Assembly: GCA_012799845.1 (NCBI GenBank)
Contig: JAAZKL010000164.1
Coordinates: 1 to 24,260 of the forward strand
Source of the DNA: Clostridiaceae bacterium
GTDB taxonomy: Bacteria; Bacillota; Clostridia; Acetivibrionales; DTU013
Direction: 5' to 3'
DNA length: 24,260 nucleotides
The notes below the pieces were generated by a model, which made no database searches, was not told the DNA's origin, and saw only the letters and a list, made by a program, of their open reading frames with translations. Of the stretch, positions 15,853 through 22,479 are shown in pieces (position 1 is the stretch's first letter; the number at the start of each line of letters is the position of its first letter). A program made the translations under genes and the position numbers.

Positions 15853-17132
15853 GCGTTGTGGCCAGGTATTCTATAAAATACAATGAACTGAAGAATCACG
15901 CAGTGGCATTGCAAAACATCGGCAAAACGCTTGCCTCGTTCGAGAACCGTTTATATTCGATAACTGCTTCCATGGACACAAGGGACAGCAGTATGGAATC
16001 ACTGAAGAGGCAAATACTCGCTGCCGGCAAAAACCTGCCGGTGATCAGCGGGAAATTGGCTTCGGCGGGCACAGCGGCGGAAAACATTTCGAATATATAC
16101 TCGTTGGCCGAAAAATACAGTTACAGCAGTTTCGAAAACTCAGTGCCGTGGGCTGCAGCCCAGGCATTACCGGCGGTTACCGGCCAGGCACAAAGTGTAT
16201 TTGATCCGGCAGCTTCCGGCGCAGGTTTTCCGGGAGTAGCGGCAGGTTCTGCGGGAGTAGCAGCAGCAGGTTCTGCATCACTGCTCGGGGAGCATCTTGA
16301 TGAGGACACCGCTGTCAACAGTATACTTAATCCGTTCGGCCTGTCCAAAGTCGAATATGGCAAATACGACGATAAGAAAAAGTTCAAGGAGATTGAACAG
16401 GAGGACAGGACATTCTGGCAGCAAGCCTATGAAAGGGATACCGGCCAAATGGTAATTCCTGACCTGGCACCGAAAAACGCCAGGAAACTGGCAACGATCT
16501 ACAGTGTAGGGACAGAAGCAAAGGCTGAGTACGCATGGCGTGAATACAAGGCTTCCGGCAAAACCGACTGGGCGGAAGGAAGCGCAGAATTAAAAGTCGC
16601 GGCAGCAGAGGCGCACGCTGAACTTTCTGCCGGCCTTTACGTGTTTGATAAAAACGGAAACAAGAGGTTTGCACCGGGGGTTGAGGCGGCAGTAGGCGCC
16701 AGTTTCTCTGCCCTGGCCGCGTCGGCGGAGGGAAAAATCGGCAATGACATGCTGGGTGCATTCGGCGAAGCCGAACTGGAAATAGCAAAAGCCGAAGCGG
16801 AAGGCAAGTTGAAGCTTTCGCTGTTCGACAAGGATGGCAAACTGGACATCGATGCACATGCGGAAGCCAGCCTTGAAGCAGTTGCTTTTGAAGTTGGAGG
16901 GAAGGCCGGAGTATCTGTTCTCGGTACAGATGTCGCGGTCAAAGGCGAGTTTAAGGTCGGTGTCGGAGTACATGCGGAAGTCGGATATGCTGACGGCGTA
17001 TTCAAGTTCGATGTTGGAGCTTCTTTGGGAATTGGCGCAAGTATCGGCTTCGAGGTCGATGTTTCCGGTACTGTCGACGCGATCTGCAGCAAAGCCGAGG
17101 CAGCATGGGATGCTATAAAAGGATGGTTCTGA
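15849..17132 (+). CDS. Candidate T7SS-secreted effector: N-terminal WXG100-like helical domain, Ala/Gly linker, Gly/Ala/Val-rich C-terminal domain
   Basis: The N-terminal about 95 aa is helical with YSLAE, followed by a low-complexity linker. The C-terminal half has alternating small/hydrophobic residues and an internal repeat ending FDK[ND]G. Followed by a small membrane protein and DUF4176. Confidence 0.75.
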   Translation: MSVVARYSIKYNELKNHAVALQNIGKTLASFENRLYSITASMDTRDSSMESLKRQILAAGKNLPVISGKLASAGTAAENISNIYSLAEKYSYSSFENSVPWAAAQALPAVTGQAQSVFDPAASGAGFPGVAAGSAGVAAAGSASLLGEHLDEDTAVNSILNPFGLSKVEYGKYDDKKKFKEIEQEDRTFWQQAYERDTGQMVIPDLAPKNARKLATIYSVGTEAKAEYAWREYKASGKTDWAEGSAELKVAAAEAHAELSAGLYVFDKNGNKRFAPGVEAAVGASFSALAASAEGKIGNDMLGAFGEAELEIAKAEAEGKLKLSLFDKDGKLDIDAHAEASLEAVAFEVGGKAGVSVLGTDVAVKGEFKVGVGVHAEVGYADGVFKFDVGASLGIGASIGFEVDVSGTVDAICSKAEAAWDAIKGWF

Positions 17133-17149
17133 CAGGAGGATAGTATCTG

Positions 17150-17587
17150 ATGGAACAATTGGTAATTGGCGGAGTGTTTTTGTTCTCTGCGGTTATTTTC
17201 ATAGTAACGGCAGTCTTGTATTGGAGATCAGAAAAAAAGTTTCGCAGGGACTGTGTACGGTGTAAAGCCATTGTCGTTGACTATGTCGTGCAGGATTACT
17301 CACGGTGGCAGACTCCCAGGGTGGCGCTTGAGGGAGAAGGCCGGAGACTGGCTTACCGCTGCAAATCAAGACGCATGAATTCCGAGGTCTGTCCGAGGGG
17401 AACGCAGGTAACGGTAGATTATAGTGTCAAAAAGTTTCTGGGCATGGATTTTTATGACATCCGCATCGTCGACCCTCCCCAGTTTGCAGCAGAACCTGCA
17501 AAGACGGTCATTATAATGCTTGGCGTGATGACGCTTATTAGCCTTATCATATCGGCCGCGCTTATTGCAGCCGGAATTAGGGGATAG
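17150..17587 (+). CDS. Two-TM membrane protein (DUF3592-like); candidate immunity protein
   Basis: Hydrophobic helices at both ends (LVIGGVFLFSAVIFIVTAVLYW; VIIMLGVMTLISLIISAALI) flank a soluble beta-type segment (KAIVVDY...GTQVTVDY). RBS AGGAGG, 17 nt after the effector stop. Confidence 0.7.
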   Translation: MEQLVIGGVFLFSAVIFIVTAVLYWRSEKKFRRDCVRCKAIVVDYVVQDYSRWQTPRVALEGEGRRLAYRCKSRRMNSEVCPRGTQVTVDYSVKKFLGMDFYDIRIVDPPQFAAEPAKTVIIMLGVMTLISLIISAALIAAGIRG

Positions 17588-17640
17588 AGATATTTTGACC
17601 TGTATGAAATAGCTGACACTAATTTTAAGGAGGATTGACT

Positions 17641-17958
17641 ATGTTTAATGGTCTCTTACCGATCGGTTCAGTAGTCTTGCTGAAAAACAGCACCAAAAGG
17701 GTTATGATCATTGGCTTCTGCCAAAAAGAGATCAATGATAATGAAGAAGCGAAAATTTGGGATTATGCTGGCTGCCTGTATCCAGAAGGCTACCTGGGAC
17801 CCAATCAGACATTCCTGTTCAATGGCGACCAGATAGAACGCATTTTTGCCATTGGGTACCAGGATGAAGAGCAGTTTGAGTTCAAGAAAAAGGCCGACTC
17901 TGTGATCGAGCAACTGAGGAAGAAGTCTGCCGGTCAGCAGGAAGAACAGCCACAGTAA
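17641..17958 (+). CDS. DUF4176 family protein
   Basis: LLPIGSVVLLK...VMIIG...WDYAGCLYPEG...FLFNGDQIERIFAIGYQDEE is the recognisable DUF4176 pattern. AAGGAGG supports ATG 17641. Confidence 0.9.
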   Translation: MFNGLLPIGSVVLLKNSTKRVMIIGFCQKEINDNEEAKIWDYAGCLYPEGYLGPNQTFLFNGDQIERIFAIGYQDEEQFEFKKKADSVIEQLRKKSAGQQEEQPQ

Positions 17959-18022
17959 AAGCAGAAGAGTCAGAGGGCCGGTCATGAAGCTTTGCCTGGT
18001 TTCCGTAAAGTGCCCATTCAGT

Positions 18023-18104
18023 ACAGGTACAGTACAATATTGACCCCAGGAACAAGTCCTGCCCAGTTTAGGCATATTCCTGCTGATCCGGGTACTGTAC
18101 CTGT
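18023..18104. repeat. Long inverted repeat / nested hairpin in the convergent intergenic region
   Basis: ACAGGTACAGTAC (18023-18035) is the exact reverse complement of GTACTGTACCTGT (18092-18104). Inner CAGGAA/TTCCTG and TGCC/GGCA stems are also present. Confidence 0.7.
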
Positions 18105-18234
18105 TTGGATTGCTGCAATGCACCTGTGGATCCAGGTGTGGTTTCAGGACTGCCCCTTATCTCCGTATTTACCTCATGGTTTCGCATCAAGGCATGATAA
18201 CTTTGCCTCATGACAACATTACTTCACGACAGCT

Positions 18235-18450
18235 TTACTTAAGCACTTCGAATCCAAGGGCAGTTACGGCCTTTTCCACGTCCTGGACCGATACTTTTTG
18301 CTCATCATAATCAAATTTCACCTTGCTTGCGTTGAACAGCACCCTAACGCTCTCTTTAACTACTCCGTCCAGGGATTTTACCGCGTTTTCGACCTTTTGC
18401 ACACAGGTTGGGCAGGTCAGTGTTTCCAATTGGATAGTTGCATTTTTCAT
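18235..18450 (-). CDS. CopZ-like heavy-metal-associated (HMA) domain protein
   Basis: 71 aa with LTCPTC (CxxC) and the HMA pattern ending ALGFEV. RBS AAAGGAG. Confidence 0.9.
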   Translation of the reverse strand: MKNATIQLETLTCPTCVQKVENAVKSLDGVVKESVRVLFNASKVKFDYDEQKVSVQDVEKAVTALGFEVLK

Positions 18451-18492
18451 ATTTCTGGTCTCCTTTCAGAACCGTTTTATATGGTTATCTTT

Positions 18493-18524
18493 ATTCTATC
18501 TGCATAGCTATGCTCTGCATAGCT
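18493..18524 (-). promoter_or_regulatory. Candidate operator and promoter upstream of the HMA gene
   Basis: Perfect 12-bp palindrome GCATAGCTATGC (18502-18513), 11-bp direct repeat TCTGCATAGCT (18499-18509, 18514-18524), and minus-strand TAGAAT at 18493-18498. Confidence 0.4.
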
Positions 18525-18561
18525 TTACTTTATCATTTTAAAAATATCATGCATATGTCCT

Positions 18562-20436
18562 TTATTTCGTTTCATCCGAACTGCGGTTCCTAAGCTTGTA
18601 GCGCAGCAGCCTCATGCCATTCAGGATGACCGCCAGGATGCTGCCTTCGTGCACGAGCATGCCGATGGACATGTTCATCCAATTGCTGAAAAATACGCCG
18701 GCAAGCAGGAACAATACCACACCGACAGCGATGGATATATTTTGCTTCATATTTCCGGCTGTGGCTTTTGCCAGGCCGAGCGCATGGGGCAGGCGGCCAA
18801 AGTCCGAATTCATGAGCACCACGTCGGAGGTCTCTATGGCGACGTCTGTACCGGCACCCATGGCGATACCTGTATCAGCCAGCGCCAGGGACGGGCTGTC
18901 ATTTACGCCGTCACCGACGAAAGCGACGATCCGGCCCTCTTCGATCAATTTCCTGATATACGCGGCCTTATCCTGCGGCAGCATGTTGCCATGGGCTTCG
19001 CTCAGGCCCAGTTCGCGGCTCACAGTGTTCACTGTGCCCTGGTTGTCGCCTGACAGCATCACGAGATTCCTGATGCCAAGTTTTTTAAGCTTATAAAGGT
19101 TTTCCTTCACCCCGGGGCGTACCTGGTCACGCACCCCCATCAGGATCTTTAGTTCTCCGTCCACGGCAGTCAGTACGAGCGAGTTCCCGTTTTTCTCAAA
19201 ACGGGCAATGTCGGCTTTTGCCTTCGTGTCAAGCTTTATGCCTTCTCTTTCCATAAGGGCGGCATTGCCGACGGCGACCATGTGTCCATCCACGCTTGCA
19301 ATGATACCGCTGCCTTTGACCACTTCCGTGTTTTCGACAGGGCGTAGCTCTGTTTCGCCGATCTCGTCCAGAACCGCTTTGGCCAGCGGATGGCCGGACT
19401 CGCGCTCCACGCTTGCGAGATACATCAGCGCCTTATCAGTATCATTCCCGTAGTACGCCTTTTCAGCCACTGATGGATTTCCCGCGGTCAGTGTTCCTGT
19501 TTTGTCGAACACGATCGTATCTGTCCTGCTGAACTCGTTTATCACCTCGCTGCCTTTGAACAGGATGCCGTGGCGCGCTCCGTTCCCTATGCCTGCTACG
19601 TTGGATACGGGGACGCCAATCACCAGGGCGCCGGGGCAGCCGAGGACAAGGATCGTGACTGACAACTCGATGTCCCGGGTGATCAAAAGAACCAGCGCAC
19701 CGAGAACAAGAACTGCCGGAGTGTAATATTTTGCAAAGCGGTCGATGAACCTTTCCGCCTTTGACCTGGAATCCTGTGCTTCCTCCACCAGTTCGATGAT
19801 CTTTGCGAATGTGGTGTCTTCACCCACACGGTCTGCTGTTATCCGGAGAGTTCCGCTTTCAAGGATCGTACCGGCAAATACCTTTGTTCCTTCGCTTTTC
19901 AGTACGGGAAGGGACTCTCCGGTAATGGCGGCTTCATTGACACTGCCTTCCCCGGATAAAACGGTTCCGTCGACCGGTATTTTGGCACCGGTTCTCACCA
20001 GCAGTATATCACCTGTATCCACTTCACTGATGCCGACCTCATCGAATCCACCATCCGGCATTTGTTTCAGGGCATTTTCCGGCGCCATTTCCGTGAGTTC
20101 CTTAATGGCTGACCGTGTTTTGTTCAGCGTACGCTGCTCCAGGTATGCGCCAAAAAGGAACAGGAATGTCACGATGGCAGATTCTTCAAAGTTCCTGATG
20201 AAAAATGCGCCGATCACAGCAATGGTCACCAGCAGATCGATGCTGACGACCTTTACTCTCAGTGCCTGGTACGCCTGGATAGCGATCGGCGCGGCGCCAA
20301 GGACTGAAGCGATTATGAAGGCTGTGTCAGCCGCCGTTCCATTCCTGAAAACCAGTGCGCTGATAAACCCGATGACTATCAGGATCGCACTGACCAACGC
20401 TGCCTGGTTTTTCCTGCTGAGTATGAACCGCTGCAT
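18562..20436 (-). CDS. P1B-type heavy-metal-translocating ATPase without N-terminal metal-binding domain
   Basis: TGES, GCPGALVIGVP, DKTGTLT, SGHP, GDGVNDSP and HEGS motifs. RBS GGGAGG. Confidence 0.95.
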   Translation of the reverse strand: MQRFILSRKNQAALVSAILIVIGFISALVFRNGTAADTAFIIASVLGAAPIAIQAYQALRVKVVSIDLLVTIAVIGAFFIRNFEESAIVTFLFLFGAYLEQRTLNKTRSAIKELTEMAPENALKQMPDGGFDEVGISEVDTGDILLVRTGAKIPVDGTVLSGEGSVNEAAITGESLPVLKSEGTKVFAGTILESGTLRITADRVGEDTTFAKIIELVEEAQDSRSKAERFIDRFAKYYTPAVLVLGALVLLITRDIELSVTILVLGCPGALVIGVPVSNVAGIGNGARHGILFKGSEVINEFSRTDTIVFDKTGTLTAGNPSVAEKAYYGNDTDKALMYLASVERESGHPLAKAVLDEIGETELRPVENTEVVKGSGIIASVDGHMVAVGNAALMEREGIKLDTKAKADIARFEKNGNSLVLTAVDGELKILMGVRDQVRPGVKENLYKLKKLGIRNLVMLSGDNQGTVNTVSRELGLSEAHGNMLPQDKAAYIRKLIEEGRIVAFVGDGVNDSPSLALADTGIAMGAGTDVAIETSDVVLMNSDFGRLPHALGLAKATAGNMKQNISIAVGVVLFLLAGVFFSNWMNMSIGMLVHEGSILAVILNGMRLLRYKLRNRSSDETK

Positions 20437-20519
20437 TTACCTTCCTCCCCGATCCGCTTCTGCTGCGTTTTGCGTTGTTTTACTTTGTTCTGCTTTACTT
20501 TCATGGCCTTTGCTCTCAT
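20379..20519 (-). CDS. Possible 46-aa basic leader ORF overlapping the ATPase start
   Basis: ATG preceded by AAGGGT. Reads MRAKAMKVKQNKVKQRKTQQKRIGEEGKCSGSYSAGKTRQRWSVRS and contains a 15-nt imperfect tandem repeat. No family recognised. Confidence 0.2.
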   Translation of the reverse strand: MRAKAMKVKQNKVKQRKTQQKRIGEEGKCSGSYSAGKTRQRWSVRS

Positions 20520-20654
20520 GTATGTTGTTACCCTTATTTTTGGTTGCTAAACTTTGTCTTACATATCTGAGTCTAGTATTTAATCATTTGCCGGATAATA
20601 TAAAATTTCTGGCCATGCTGCGGACCAAATCCCCCAGGCGCCGCTGTCCGCCGC

Positions 20655-20683
20655 TTTACGATAAATTTCCTGTACTGTATAAT
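20655..20683 (+). promoter_or_regulatory. Sigma-A-type promoter for the WYL regulator
   Basis: TTTACG (20655-20660), 17 nt, TATAAT (20678-20683). Confidence 0.55.
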
Positions 20684-20716
20684 TGATGTAACTGCAGAAA
20701 GGTAAGATGATTTTCA

Positions 20717-21613
20717 ATGAACAGGCTTTTTGAAATCGTATATATATTGCTGGGCAAAGAAAAGATAACGGCAAAGGAACTGGCTGAGCGCTTTGAAGTG
20801 TCTCAGCGGACCATATACAGGGATATTGAGGCGCTCAGTATTGCCGGTATTCCTGTGTACACCGAGAAGGGCAAGGGCGGAGGGATCGGTCTGCTGCCCG
20901 GTTTTACCCTGAACCGGTCTCTGCTGAGCGAGCAGGAACAGGAAGATGTGATCTCTGCCCTGCAGGCGCTGGAAGCTGTCAATCCCCGCAAAACGGCTCA
21001 GGCTTTGACAAAGTTGTCGGCTGTCTTCAACAGGAAACTTGTCAACTGGATCGAAGTGGATTTTTCAAGCTGGGGCCGTATGGAGGACGACCTGTTTGGC
21101 AGGCTGAAGACGGCGATATTCAATAAAATGGTAGTGGAATTCGATTACTACAGTGGAAAGGGAGAAAAAACGCATCGAAAAGCCGAACCTGTCCAGTTGT
21201 TCTTTAAACACCAAGCCTGGTATCTGAAGGGATTTTGCCTTTCAAGGCAGGATATGAGGATGTTCAAGCTGACCAGGATAAGGAACCTTGTCCTTACGGA
21301 TCAACACTTCGATGAAAGGCGTCCGGCAGAAGATTCCTCCAATGATCTGCAGGACGAGGGAAATTTCAGCGATGTCGAACTGCAACTGAAAATAATGCCG
21401 GAGATGGCATATCGGGTCTATGATGAATTCGATCCTCAGAATATCCGCAGGCTGCCGGACGGAAGCTTTGTCGTCTCTGCTGTCTTGCCTGTGGACGAAT
21501 GGATGTACGGTTATATCATGTCATTCGGAGAATATATCGAAGTGCTCGGACCTGAACATGTCCGCGAGTCTGTCCGAAAAAAGCTGGAATGTGCATATAA
21601 TAAATATATTTAA
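20717..21613 (+). CDS. YafY-type HTH-WYL-WCX transcriptional regulator
   Basis: N-terminal HTH (TAKELAERFEVSQRTIYRDIEAL...GIPV...GKGGG), WYL core (AEPVQLFF...WYLKGFC...RMFKLTRI), C-terminal WCX-like segment (IMSFGEYIEVLGP). Confidence 0.93.
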   Translation: MNRLFEIVYILLGKEKITAKELAERFEVSQRTIYRDIEALSIAGIPVYTEKGKGGGIGLLPGFTLNRSLLSEQEQEDVISALQALEAVNPRKTAQALTKLSAVFNRKLVNWIEVDFSSWGRMEDDLFGRLKTAIFNKMVVEFDYYSGKGEKTHRKAEPVQLFFKHQAWYLKGFCLSRQDMRMFKLTRIRNLVLTDQHFDERRPAEDSSNDLQDEGNFSDVELQLKIMPEMAYRVYDEFDPQNIRRLPDGSFVVSAVLPVDEWMYGYIMSFGEYIEVLGPEHVRESVRKKLECAYNKYI

Positions 21614-21649
21614 TATGACATACAGTTGGCATATTTGGTATTCTATAGT
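21612..21649 (+). promoter_or_regulatory. Candidate WYL-regulator operator over the -35 position, with -10 TATAGT
   Basis: AATATGACA-tacagt-TGGCATATT (one mismatch from a perfect inverted repeat), TATAGT at 21644-21649, and no canonical -35. Confidence 0.55.
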
Positions 21650-21679
21650 AATGCTATAACTTATTGAGGAGGTATTGCT

Positions 21680-21943
21680 ATGGAAGAAAGATTTTGCCAA
21701 TCCTGCGGAATGCCGATGGGGGCGACGGATGAATTGTACGGGACGAACCAGGACGGGACCAGGAACAAGGACTATTGCAAATACTGTTATGCGGACGGGG
21801 CATTCACGTCTGAGATCTCCATGGAGGAAATGATCGAATTCTGCGTTCCGCACATGGTTTCATCAAGCCCCGGCATGAGCGAGGACGATGCCAGGGATAT
21901 GATGAAGAAGTTTTTCCCTGGATTGAAGCGATGGAAGAAATAA
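21680..21943 (+). CDS. Putative zinc-ribbon domain protein
   Basis: FCQSCGMPM...YGTNQDG...DYCKYCY...GAF...MEEMIE pattern with two CxxC pairs. RBS GAGGAGG. Confidence 0.88.
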   Translation: MEERFCQSCGMPMGATDELYGTNQDGTRNKDYCKYCYADGAFTSEISMEEMIEFCVPHMVSSSPGMSEDDARDMMKKFFPGLKRWKK

Positions 21944-21951
21944 AGTAAAAT

Positions 21952-21972
21952 GGTGCCAGGCACCTTTTTTTT
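21952..21972 (+). terminator. Intrinsic terminator-like hairpin after the zinc-ribbon gene
   Basis: GGTGC-cag-GCACC followed by T8. Confidence 0.6.
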
Positions 21973-21986
21973 CGGAGGTTTTGAGC

Positions 21987-22430
21987 TTGCTGATCAGGGA
22001 AGTAAAAGAATCGGATCTTGACGGGCTGCAGGAGTTGTACCTGTACCTGCATGAAAAGGAGAAGATGCCGGAAACTCCGGAACTGGTTTCGCTCTGGAAG
22101 GAGATTATAGCTGATAAGGATTATCATATCCTGGTCGGAGAGGTTGAAGGCAGAATAGTATCAAGCGTCACGGTCATAGTTATAAAGAACCTGACGCGCT
22201 GCATGAGGCCATATGCCATCATCGAAAATGTCGTGACGCACGGGGACTTCAGGTGCAGAGGTTATGCCCGGTCTCTGATGCAAAAAGCCGTCGATATCGC
22301 CGAAAACAGCGGATGCTATAAAGTGATGCTGCTTACCGGGGCTAAGGATGAGAACACTTTGAGGTTTTACGAAAAGTGCGGATTCAACAGCAAAGATAAG
22401 AAGGCGTTCATCAGGTGGATCGGGATATGA
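21987..22430 (+). CDS. GNAT family N-acetyltransferase
   Basis: IENVVTHGDFRCRGYARSLM (motif A), YKVML, FYEKCGF. TTG 21987 fits GGAGG spacing better than TTG 21981. Confidence 0.88.
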   Translation: MLIREVKESDLDGLQELYLYLHEKEKMPETPELVSLWKEIIADKDYHILVGEVEGRIVSSVTVIVIKNLTRCMRPYAIIENVVTHGDFRCRGYARSLMQKAVDIAENSGCYKVMLLTGAKDENTLRFYEKCGFNSKDKKAFIRWIGI

Positions 22431-22479
22431 TGCCGTATGGGCTGAGTTCGTGAAGTCATAGGGATCGAGGTTTGAGATC

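Noticed and set aside
17992-18310. Small ORFs 17992-18213 and 18110-18310 as extra T7SS genes
   Set aside because: No RBS or motif. They overlap the structured inverted-repeat region and the HMA gene.
20437-20716. CopY (TACAnnTGTA) or FNR/FLP box upstream of the metal ATPase
   Set aside because: Only half-matches were found (for example TTACATATCTGA). No complete site is present.
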